NCBI RefSeq assembly: GCF_001447785.1
Contig: NW_015176023.1
Location: 324,365 to 384,777 of the forward strand
Direction of reading: 5' to 3'
DNA: 60,413 bases
Origin: Gekko japonicus
Taxonomy: Eukaryota
Positions within the stretch are counted from its first letter, which is position 1; each line of letters opens with the position of its first letter. The notes under the pieces are model-generated. The model saw only the letters and a list, made by a program, of their open reading frames with translations, was not told where the DNA came from and made no database searches. Both the position numbers and the translations under genes were made by a program. Below, piece by piece: positions 13,201 through 37,749 of this stretch.

Positions 13201-16200
13201 GCCGAAGAAATGTGCAGCCTTATCCCAGAGAAGAAATGCCGGCAAGTGCAAGAGGACCCAGATCCCATTATGAGAGGTGGGCCCCTGTGCACTGTGCCCC
13301 CCCCCCGGTTAGAGCCAGGAATCCCCCCCCCTCCCTCTGAAAGTGAGAGCTGGAGGCCTCTGTCCGCCCATCTGATGCTGCCTGGGACTTTTCAGGGATT
13401 TCCCCCCCCCCCGCACCTTTGAGGCAGGCGCACCGTCCTGATCACAGGTTGTACAGTTTCCGGAAGAGGCAGCTTTGGTGCGTTCCTCAAGGCTTGTGTA
13501 AGACGCTGGCCAGCTGGTCACATGCTTTGTTTCCTTTAGAAACCAGGACACAACCTCTTGAGTCATGTGCTGGAATGTTGTTTCTAGTGCGTAATCCCCT
13601 GTTTTTCTTGGAGAAAAGTTCAGGTACCCAAGACTATCAAATTCGTGATGACCAGGGCTAGGGCGTTTTCGGTAGCGGCTCCTATCTGGTGGAATGAGCT
13701 CCCAGAGGAGACCTGGGCCCTGCGGGACCTCATACAGTTCGGCAGGGGCTGCAAGACGGAGCTCTTCCGCCAGGCTTTTGAATAGGAGCCGCCGCCACCA
13801 CTGTTCCACCAACGCCCTATAATTCCCACACACTGTCATCACTAGTGCGGGCTCCATTGGAGGGAGTGGGGTACGGTTAGGCAACTATATTATGGAGAAT
13901 ACCATCTTGATTGTAAGAATTTGGATATGAGTAGAGAGCACCGGAAAGTGTTTTAAGGACTTTTGTTAACTATTTAATTGCTTATTTTGTAATTTTAGTC
14001 AGAATTTTTTACTGTTTTATTGTTATTATATCTGGCGTTATGCCCCTGTTAGCCGCCCTGAGCCTCCGGGGAGGGCGGGATAGAAATCTAAATAAATAAC
14101 TAAATACCTAGTCCTTAAGGCTGCGAGAGTGTGGGAGTCGGGTCCCGCTTCACCACCTTCTGTCCCTCTCCTAGGCTGGCTGCAGAGGGAGGTGCGGGGG
14201 GGTCGAAAGGCCCCTTGGTGGCGTCCCCGCAAGTACTGGTTCGTGCTGACCCAGGAGTCCCTGGACTGCTACAGTGGGTGCGAGGTGGGGGCCCAGCGCC
14301 TGGCCTCCCTGGTCCTGACCAGCCTCTGCTCTGTGCTGTGGCCTGACAAGCAGACCTACAAGGAGACGGGTAAGGGGGGGGGTGCTTCGTGGAGGGAGGG
14401 CCGCGCAGGAGGGACCCTTGGCAGCCTGTACCCCCCCCTCCCGGCTGCCAGGACTGTGGGGCCGGGTTCAGTGGGAGTCCAAGGCGGCTGCCTCTCCTGC
14501 CTCCTCCCAAATACTTGCATGCCCCTCTCCCGCAGGGTACTGGGCAGTGACCGTTTTTGGCAGGAAGCACTGCTACCGGCTGTACACAGAGCACTTGAAC
14601 GAGGCCGTCCATTGGGTGTGCGCCCTGCAGAAGGTCATTGTCAGCCAGGCCCCTGTGCAGACCCCCACGCAGCTCTTCATGTCAGACCTGGAGGTGAGGG
14701 CTCTGTGTGTGTGTGGGGGGGGGGGGATGGTCCTTCAGGTGGTGAGAAAAGAAACAGATGGCAAGGCTTTGCAAAACGGTGTAATGCAGTCAATGGTCAC
14801 CCTTGGGGGGGGAGGAAGGCCCCCCCAGCCCAGCCCCTCCCTGGAAGCCCCCTGCTCGCATCCCAGCTGGGCTGGTGCAGGCCGTGGATGCCCCCTTAAG
14901 AACGGGGGGGGAGCGCTCTGCACGCCCTTCCGGCATTCAGGACTTCTGCCTTTCGGGGCCAGGCCGTCTTTGGGAAACGGCTGACGCACATCAGAAGGGA
15001 GAAAGGGGCTTAGGAAGACACGAGATGATGCCGTTGGCTCTGATTCCAGGTGTGCCTTTTCACCTTGCGGCTCTCCTTGTGACTTAGATGGATTGTGTCA
15101 CTGTTAAGATTCAGACCTGAATGACGAGAGAGCTGCGTGAGGAAGGGGGGGCCATTGACTTGAAAAGAACTGCAGGTGAACTAAGTCACGTCGGCAGGCT
15201 TGGAGAGCCCCACCGGTATCCCCTCTGGGTGGTGGCCAAAGCTTTCAATGAAGTGGTCCCGTCAGCAGCAAGTCAGGGGCGGCTGTGCCTGCCTTCTGAA
15301 GGCCCCCCCCCAAACTTGGTCCATCATTTCTGGAAGCAACGAGAACCAACAAGGCGATGGGGGACTTTCCTGGAGGGAGAGGCGGGCTCGGCTGCCGGAC
15401 TGGATCTCTGAGAAGCGAAGGAGCGGAAGGGAGCACCTCTTGATCCCTGTTTTTCCTCTCCCAGGAGAACCACGGTCGCCCAGACGTCCTGGATCAGATT
15501 TATCGGAACAACCCCATCCTCCGCTACACCGCCGGCCCCATCTACGCGCCCCTGCTGCCGTTCCCTTACGGAGCTGGCGAAGGGGCAGGTGAATGGCTGG
15601 GCCTGGTGTCCACGCTCCGCTTATGGGGCTGGAGGGGGGGGGCACGGGGCCGGGCCGAGGGGCAGCCTGGAACCTTGGCCAATGGCTCCTTTCCTCCCTC
15701 CCCCCCCCCGGGTTCTGCAGAGGCCAGCAGCCGCGGTTACGCAGCCCTTCGCGATGAAGCAGTGAAGCTGTTCCATTCGCTGCAGCAGCTGGAGGGGGTG
15801 CGGGAGCCGGCCCTCCTCGCACAGGGGGTGCTGCAGACCTGCCTTGACCTCCCTCCCTTGGTGGACGAGATCTACTGCCAGCTGGTGAAGCAGACCACCC
15901 AGCCGCCTGCGCCGGGGACCCCGCCTGACCTGCGCTACTGGCAGCTGCTGGCTTGCATGAGCGGCACCTTCCAGCCCTCCCCGCCCGTCCAGGGCTACCT
16001 GCAGCGGCACCTCCAGCGGTGAGGAGGGGGAGGGAGGGAAGGCCGAGACCCGAGGGAGGAGGATCCCTGCTGCCAGGAGGGAGAGGGGCACTCCCGTTCT
16101 TCTTTGGAGGCGCCAGAGGCAGGGTGACCAGTGTTACCTCTAAGCTGAGTTAGTGTGAGCCAGCTCAGTTTTTTAATCTCCGGCTCACACATTTTTTGTC

Positions 16201-16679
16201 TTAGCTCAGGAAGGAGGGCTCCTGAGCAAACTAATTTATGCCTGAGCCAAATGGCTCGCTCACACCTTTAATGCCAGTAGCTCATAAAGTAGAATTTTTG
16301 CTCACAGGACTCCGCAGCTTAGAGGGAACGTTGCCGGGTGACCCGGCCTGCTCTTGGGGGTTTCCTAAGGAGGAGTCTTCCTTGGGGTGGGGCGCTGGGC
16401 CGGGCTCTTGCGAGTGGGATCGCGGCAGCCGCCGTTGTGCGCCTGAAGCCAGTCTTCCTCATCCCCGGCAGGACAGAGAGCCGGTTCCCAGGCTCAGAGA
16501 TGGCCCAATACGGACGTTTTATCAAGGAGGCTCTGCGCAAGACTCAAGGGCGGGAGTGTGTGCCATCGCTGGAGGAGATCGAAGGGCTGATGGGACACCA
16601 AGAAGTGGCACGCCCCATGCCGCGCCGTGGCACGGCCCCCTGCCATGTGACCATCGCTTCCCACACCACAGCGCAGGAG
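7203..16679 (+). CDS. PLEKHH3: PLEKHH3 intact portion (exons 2-8; PH and MyTH4 domains); exon 1 not found in window
   Basis: join(7203-7267,13188-13276,14175-14369,14536-14693,15465-15588,15721-16018,16472-16679), 379 codons, phases consistent; WFVLTQESLD, NPILRYT..YAPLLP, DEIYCQLVKQT, YWQLLACMS; synteny with TUBG1 and RETREG3. Confidence 0.9.
8056..8523 (-). mobile_element. BovB/RTE LINE 3' fragment
   Basis: VKAMAFPVVMYGCESWT...[14 protein letters not shown]...VAKSRTRL; (caa)n tail. Confidence 0.92.
9228..9549. mobile_element. hAT-like MITE, same family as 44204-44482 in opposite orientation
   Basis: Ends cag..gatggcgaacc and ggttcgccaccactg; interior is the reverse complement of the 44204 copy. 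Confidence 0.75.
9640..9880 (-). mobile_element. Degenerate L2 fragment
   Basis: Minus strand resembles the LHWLP...FK...GP..LRD.L segment of L2 ORF2. Confidence 0.5.
10033..10252 (-). mobile_element. Two tandem Squam3-like SINE 3' tails running into a gap
   Basis: agaagaag...ggatt..ataccc...cagagcggcttacaaactcc occurs twice. Confidence 0.8.
10253..10692. other. Assembly gap
   Basis: Run of N. Confidence 1.
11975..12285 (-). mobile_element. BovB/RTE LINE 3' fragment
   Basis: KLKLKYFGH...RRRGRQRMRW; 14-bp TSD ttgaagactgtatt (11961-11974 and 12286-12299). Confidence 0.92.
12673..13116. mobile_element. Solo LTR (copia-like)
   Basis: Terminal inverted repeat tgttgg...ccaaca; perfect 5-bp TSD gtagg (12668-12672 and 13117-13121). 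Confidence 0.8.
13188..13276 (+). CDS. PLEKHH3: PLEKHH3 exon 3
   Basis: SLAVAEEMCSLIPEKKCRQVQEDPDPIMRG; ag/gt boundaries; phase 2 to 1. Confidence 0.85.
13590..14105 (+). mobile_element. L2 LINE 3' fragment
   Basis: [24 protein letters not shown]...CKTELF; ends agccgccctgagcc...taaataaata. Confidence 0.8.
14175..14369 (+). CDS. PLEKHH3: PLEKHH3 exon 4 (PH domain)
   Basis: GWLQREVRGG...RKYWFVLTQESLDCY...KETG. Confidence 0.92.
14536..14693 (+). CDS. PLEKHH3: PLEKHH3 exon 5 (PH domain)
   Basis: YWAVTVFGRKHCYRLYTEHLNEAVHWVCALQKVI...TPTQLFMSDLE. Confidence 0.92.
15465..15588 (+). CDS. PLEKHH3: PLEKHH3 exon 6
   Basis: ENHGRPDVLDQIYRNNPILRYTAGPIYAPLLPFPYG. Confidence 0.92.
15721..16018 (+). CDS. 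PLEKHH3: PLEKHH3 exon 7 (MyTH4)
   Basis: GYAALRDEAVKLF...DEIYCQLVKQT...YWQLLACMSGTF...HLQR. Confidence 0.93.
16129..16333. mobile_element. About 200-bp hAT MITE (cagtgttccctctaagctg family)
   Basis: TIRs; near-TSD agggtgac/cgggtgac. Confidence 0.85.
16472..16679 (+). CDS. PLEKHH3: PLEKHH3 exon 8 (MyTH4 end, FERM start)
   Basis: TESRFPGSEMAQYGRFIKEALRKTQGRECVPSLEEI...SHTTAQE|gtgag. Confidence 0.9.
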
Positions 16680-17045
16680 GTGAGCAGATGTCAGGGGGTT
16701 TTTATCCATGGGCCCCGGGAGCCTGATGGGTTGCAGAAAGGGGTGGGGAGGGAGGGGAAGTCTTCCTCAGGAGAGCTGAGAACCCCCCCCCCCTGTGCAT
16801 CACAGGCCTCCCTCACGGGTGCCACTGAGTTGTGGGTCAGGACAGCAGAGGTGGGGCTTCCCTCTTCCATTCCTACTCCGTAGTGCCAGCAGAGCCCCCT
16901 GCCGTGGAAGCCGCACCCCCACCCCTGCCCATCCCTGAGCACGTTTTGACCCTGTCTGTGTCCCCCCTTTGCAGCGCTGACGGCCCTCCTGCTGGGCGTG
17001 GCTGGGCCCCCTCCTGTCACTCGCTCTGTCTCCTCCTCCTCCTCC

Positions 17046-19251
17046 CGGGAGCTGACGTCACACCTGGGCCCGGTATGCAGCCCCAACCTGTTTGCCCTGT
17101 ATGACTACCCCCCCCCTGCAGAGGATGCCCTGGCGGCAGACGCCCTCAGCAGGTTTGAAACGTCAGTGGGGGCCTTTGCTGCAACTGAAAGGGGAGGAGG
17201 GGCCCAGGAGCCGGGACGGACACACCCCGGCAAGTCCCATGTCTCTGTGGCCGCCGCAGAGGCGGTCCTGCAAACGTGCAAATGGTGGTGGCAGTTTCAG
17301 AGCTCGAGGGGGCCGTGAGCGGGTGACTGCAGCGGTGGGGGCTGTCAGTACGAAGGTCTGTGCCCCCCTCCCCTTGCGGCTAGCGGAAGCCGAATGCTGT
17401 GTGCAAGGAAGCACACGAGGGGCACGCCTGTTTTTGAAAATGTGAGACGTGGGTGACGAAAGCCCGTGTGTGACTTTGGCTGCATACTAGGGATGGAGGC
17501 GTGTCGGCCGGCACCAGGAGCAGAACTGCTGCTTTCTGTGACTCCGTGTTTGTCCCGACAGGGAGAGGGCGGCCTCCGCAACTGGGACCACGGCTCCCGC
17601 TGAAGGAGCGACAGGGCCGGCTTCTGACTCCTCCCGGGAGAAAGGCTTCCCCAGAAAAGATCACGCGAAGCGGGGAACAGAACACTTTACCCTTGACGGG
17701 ACAGGCCCTGTCAGTGCACCTTGATGAAGCAATTGCATAGATGTGAAAGTAAAGAACATAGGAAAGGAAGGCAGAGATGCTGGAATCTGGCGGAAGCGGT
17801 GCAGTTATGTGCCCCTGGAGAACCGCTTCCAGAGAGACCCATAGGACAGAGGCGTGGAGACCACAGACTGTAGACACCCACCCCCCACCCCCCGTGGAGT
17901 ATCCCTTCAGTCATCTGAATCCCCCCAGGCTGAGAGGCTCTAGCCTCTGGCAGGTATCGTGGAATACTTGCTTGGCTTTTGGTGAAAACTTAGAAGTCCA
18001 GGTGTTTCGTTTTGCAACGCAGAGGGGAAAGCACGAAGAACTTCACTGGGCCTGGCGGAGTGGAGACTAATGCTACATGAGACTCTCCCCAATTTTTGAG
18101 CCGCTTCCCTATTTAGGAGAATCCCACTTCAGACAATAGCAGGTCCCTATTCTGGCCTCCGCCGCCACCGTGAACCAGAAGGGTCTTGATCTTGTGCTCA
18201 GCTTAAGCTGGGGAGTCAAAAGGAGGCCGAACACACCCATCGACTCCAGGGAAGGGGGAAAGGACGCCAGGAGGAGTGGGCTGGACTGGGGGTGGGCATC
18301 CCTGCACTGGTGGGCTGCCTGTCTGCCCTAGCTCGGCTGGGGAAGCCCCCTTGCAGACTCTGCGTCAAGCATTATGGGTGCCTGGACGGAGACCGCACCT
18401 TCCACAACAGCCACGCGGGCGCACTGCTGTTTGAGCAGGTAAGGGAAGGGCCCTTCCGAATGCCCTCTCCCCTCCGTTTTCTGTGCCCCCTTCTCTGAGG
18501 AACAGCCCTGTGACCGCAGGCAGGCTTGCAGAGCCGGAACGGCAGCTTCTCTGCCCGCACGCCTTCCTGTTGCTGGGCCGGCTGCACTCCTGCCCCAAGG
18601 CTTCCCCTGCCCCCCCAGCAAAAGCAACATCTGCAGGGGTGCAAGTGGGAGGGGTCATTGCAGTGGGAAGGCGGGGGGGGGGGCTGGCTGGAGCCCAGGG
18701 CTGCCTATGTCGACCCGGTGGGGGAGGGGTCAGGCTTGGTGCCACTCTTTGATGTAGCCGCTTGTCGGGTGAGTTCTTGCACCTGCATTTTCACACTTCA
18801 GGCATAACTTTCAGCTGTGAGGGGGGGGGCATTCAGGAAAGTGACTGTGAATGGAAAACTGCACAAGAGAGGGTGTTGGGGGAGTTTTGTGTGACGGTGG
18901 GGGGGGGGAAGGAATGTCCACCCACCACTTGGGAAAAGGGACCTGCAGGTCTCGCTGCTGGTGTTCTGCAGCCTGATCTTGGTGTGGCAAGATCCGCATC
19001 CCCTGTCTGTCTCCCTCCCCAGGGCCAGGCCGGCCGGCCGGCCACCGTGGCTCACCCTCAGCCCCAAGACAGTCTTCCTCTGCTGCCCACTGGATGCTTT
19101 CAGCTACGGCTGCGATGGAGCCCTGCTGCACCTGAGTCTGGGCGATCAGGAGCTCCTCCTGCACACACACCCCCTCCCCACAGGTAGGAGGACAGGAGGT
19201 CAGCGGGGTCTCGTGGGAATCCAGCGTGTGGTCCAGGCTCTCAGGGGGTAG
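17046..19251 (+). pseudogene. PLEKHH3: Degenerate PLEKHH3 FERM-domain exons 9-13
   Basis: Remnants RELTSHLG..NLFALY..ADALSRFE (about 17046-17161), CRLCVKHYG..LLFEQ (18332-18438), HAFLLLGR and AAYV..LFDV (about 18555-18768), LTLSPK..FSYG..LSLGDQELLLHT (19023-19183), with lost acceptors, deletions and frameshifts. Confidence 0.7.
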
Positions 19252-20027
19252 AGCGGGACACCCTATTTTGGTATGCAAGAAAAACCAACACAAACAATCT
19301 CAGTCTGATTTTAATGACGTTATGGAAATTGGGCACATTTTAACAACTACATGAGATCATTACTCCCACCCTAGTTTCTACTGACGGGGTTTCCTTTTGT
19401 AGAGACGGGAACCTGCCTGCCAGGCAGGCAGGAGAGGAACAGCAGCAGGGAGGCCTCCCAAGTACCCACAGCCGGAAACGGACCTCTCATGGCAGGGGCA
19501 GGGACCTCTTGGGGGAATAAAGGCCAAAAAAAAAAGCAGCCCGCGGTTTGTGTAGAAGCATGCCCCTCTTCAAGTTTCGGGCACAGTGAAAGTGAAAAAT
19601 TGGGTGCCTTTGGCCCAACAAGTATTCATGGTTCTACCTACAAAGAGGGCTGGACAGGCTTTTTCAATGTGGAAGGAGTTTTGCTATCCACATGTCCAGG
19701 TTTGCCACAGAGCGTCTGAGGGTGCCATAAAAGGGTGCACATTTGCCTCTGGAAAAGTGACCTTGGGCCGTTGGTAGCCGTTCTTCACCCTTAGATGATC
19801 TGGGCCCCCAGAGCCAGCAGGAACTTGCGTGAATCTGATTACCCAAGACCACTGGCATCCCCCATGTAGGTGGAGATTGCGTCTGCGAGCCCCAGGACGT
19901 TTGACAGTCCCGCTGACCACTTCTACAGTCTCACCCTGCAGCATCCACACTGGCCTCCACCTTAACAGCTAAACTTCCCCCCCCTCCCTCTGTGAAAGCT
20001 GAAATTTTTAAAGACCCAGATCTTCAC

Positions 20028-20062
20028 NNNNNNNNNNNNNNNNNNNNNNNNNNNNNNNNNNN
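20028..20062. other. Assembly gap
   Basis: Run of N. Confidence 1.
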
Positions 20063-20650
20063 TGAGGATACAGGAGACTCAGTGCTCATTTGCTGGCTGC
20101 ATGTGATGGGGGCTTTCTGCTTCCTTTCCAGGCCAAGGAATTTCTGCAGCTCTTGCAGGCATGCACGGCCAACAAAAAGCTCTAGCAGAAGCAATCCAGC
20201 ATCCCCGTGGCCACGCTCCAAGAGGGACTGCATTTACGTCATCAAACTGCCCTTCCTGGACTTGCTGCCTGTTGGTTCCCCAGGGACAGTGCCTTAGCTG
20301 GACAGACACTCACTGTGTGAGCACCAGGAGGATGCTGTGCACCCAAGGAGCTGTGCCTCGTCTCATTTGCAAGGACAGGGAGAGGTTCTCCAACCTCATT
20401 TGAAAACACAGTTGCACACACTCCCCCCCCCCCCATCCCACCCCGTACCACCACGTGCTGGTTTCCTACGGCATTTAGTGGATAGTGTTTCCTAGCACAG
20501 CTGCGGGCAGCTGTACCCCTACACTGGCACCTTATTCATGCACCTAGAGCCTGCCCCCAACCTGCCAGAAGCAGTGGAGGGGGAACAGTCCCGGGAAGAA
20601 CCTGCCCAGTGTGGTGGCGTTCCTCTTGTAAAAATTTTTTTTTAAAAAAA

Positions 20651-20656
20651 AATAAA
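20651..20656 (+). terminator. Candidate PLEKHH3 polyadenylation signal (alternative at 19516-19521)
   Basis: AATAAA downstream of the last PLEKHH3 remnant. Confidence 0.35.
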
Positions 20657-20895
20657 CATGGATGGAAAATGATCGTGTCTGGGTCAGTGGCTCGATTTTG
20701 GTCAGGGCAAGAAAGAGCAACACCATCTTGTCTGGTTGGGCACCTTTCACTACACCACTGTGGATCTTGTTAGAATGTTCGGTTTGCTTACTTCATCCCT
20801 CCTCCCACTTTGCACAGCCATCGTGACGCACCTTTGGAGATCCGGTGCTTGCTTGACGCTTAGCAGCAGAGCGGGGGGGGGGGGACTGAGAGTCT

Positions 20896-21215
20896 CATAA
20901 GAACATAAGAGACGCCAATTTTGGATCAGGCCAAAGGCCCACCCAGTCCAACACTCTGTGTCACACAGTGGCCAGAAAGACCAGGTGCCATCAGGAGGTC
21001 CACCAGTGGGGCCAGGACATTAGAAGCCCTCCCACTGTTGACCCCCCCCCCAAGCACCAAGAAGACAGAGCATCACTTGCCCCAGAGCCCCTATTTATAC
21101 CTTGTGGCTAATAGCCACTGATGGACCTCTGCTCCATATGCTTATCTAATTCCCTTTTGAAGCCGTCCATGCTTGTAGCCGCCACCCACCTCCTGTGGCA
21201 GTGAATTCCATGTGT
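20896..21215 (-). mobile_element. CR1 LINE 3' fragment
   Basis: Reverse complement of the 3' end at 3315-3638, including cataagaacataag. Confidence 0.9.
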
Positions 21216-22110
21216 CTCAAGCAAGTGTTGGCAAAACTAAGGAAGAGGCTACAGGGAAGGGCAAAGGCACCCTGGGGGATTCAGCACTAAGGCACAGCAG
21301 GTGGCTTGCGTAGCTTTCCAAGTGACAGGAGCACTGTGATAGAAAGTATAAAACACATTCCTTTGGGGGGGGGGAGTGAAGATGGTCTTTGGGACAGAGG
21401 CCTCCAAATTCCATCCCTGTCACTGGCCTCCGAGATCATGCCCCTAGTTCTCAACCAGTCTGCCCGTGTCTGTGCCCACACGCCCGCTGTCGAGTGTCGA
21501 CCAGAAGAGGTCTCTTCCCAGATCCCACAAAGGAGCTGCACCCTCCGCACCCCTGCTGCTCACGGCCTTGCCCACTAGCCCACGTGCAGCTGAAACACAT
21601 TTACTGTCTCAGAGACAGAGAGCAACGCAAGATGGCCAGGGGCACCACGTGCAGAAATACAAGCTTAGGGTTTTTTTGTTTTAAATACAGAAAGGCGTTT
21701 CACTGGTCTGCAGAAGGGCCCAAGTCCATCAGCAACATGTGTGTTCAAATAAATCCCGTTGCAGGAAGGAAAACATTTAATGAACCACATTCACGAGAGA
21801 AGTGGAGGGAACAAACAGGAAAAATCTTACGAGGCCCAGTGAGTCCTACTTTAAGCAAATACATGGTTTTCACCAGCTCTAGTAAGACACGCACACAAAG
21901 TGCCTGGCTCCTCAAGGGAACAGGAGGCAGGAGGAGAGGCTCAGCTCGACAGCCACACAGACTGTTCCAACTCAGGGACTCCTCTTGGGAGCCCTCTCCC
22001 CCCACCACCTGGGTTGCAGAAACGGAGGTGGCTGTCTGCTTGTGGGAGCCTTGATGCTTCCCGGAGAGCGAGATAGTCCAGCCTCCAGCCAGAGAACCAG
22101 CAAAGCCCGC

Positions 22111-37213
<15,103 letters not shown>

Positions 37214-37513
37214 CGGCGGCTGCGTCAGCCGGGGTGGCGGCTCCTCTCTCCCTCCCTCTCTCCGCCGCCGCTTCCTTCGCCTCTTCCCGCCGTTGCGCGG
37301 CCCAGAAGCCCCCTCCCGGCCGCAGGGCAGCGCGCATGCGCGTCGGGAGGGCGTGTCCGAGACGGCTTCCGTACGGCAAGATGGCGCCTCGCGGGCGCGG
37401 ACGGGGGCGGCCATGGGCGGAGGAGAGCGGCCGTTGGTGACGGCGACGAGCGAGGCTCTTTTCCTGGGCGACGGCCTCCCGGGGACGCCGGCCGCGCGGG
37501 CGGGCGAAGGAGG
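37214..37513. promoter_or_regulatory. CpG-island bidirectional promoter for TUBG1 and RETREG3
   Basis: CpG-dense; NRF1 site gcgcatgcgc 37332-37341; YY1 site caagatggcg 37377-37386; GC boxes. Confidence 0.8.
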
Positions 37514-37749
37514 ATGGCGGCGTCGGCGGGATGGCCGGTCGGCGGCGTCGGGGGCAGCGCTCGTCCTGCTCCTCTTTCCCCCTCAGCGGCGGAGCCGGAG
37601 CGGGATCGGCGCGTGCGGGAGCTGAGCTTGGCGCTGAGGGGCCGCCTGGGGCCCTACGAGCCGCCGCTGAGCGCCCTGCAGGCCGTGCTGGTCTGGGAGA
37701 GGCCGGCCCGCAGCGCCCTCGGGTGGGCCGGAGCCCACGCCGCCTTCGG
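37514..37749 (+). CDS. RETREG3: RETREG3 exon 1
   Basis: ERDRRV...[25 protein letters not shown]; donor gg|gtgcgt. Confidence 0.88.

Noticed and set aside
16971-16980. Strong alternative acceptor ttgcag for PLEKHH3 exon 9
   Set aside because: In phase 0 it reads CGC TGA at once, so it cannot rescue the FERM domain; it could only end the protein.
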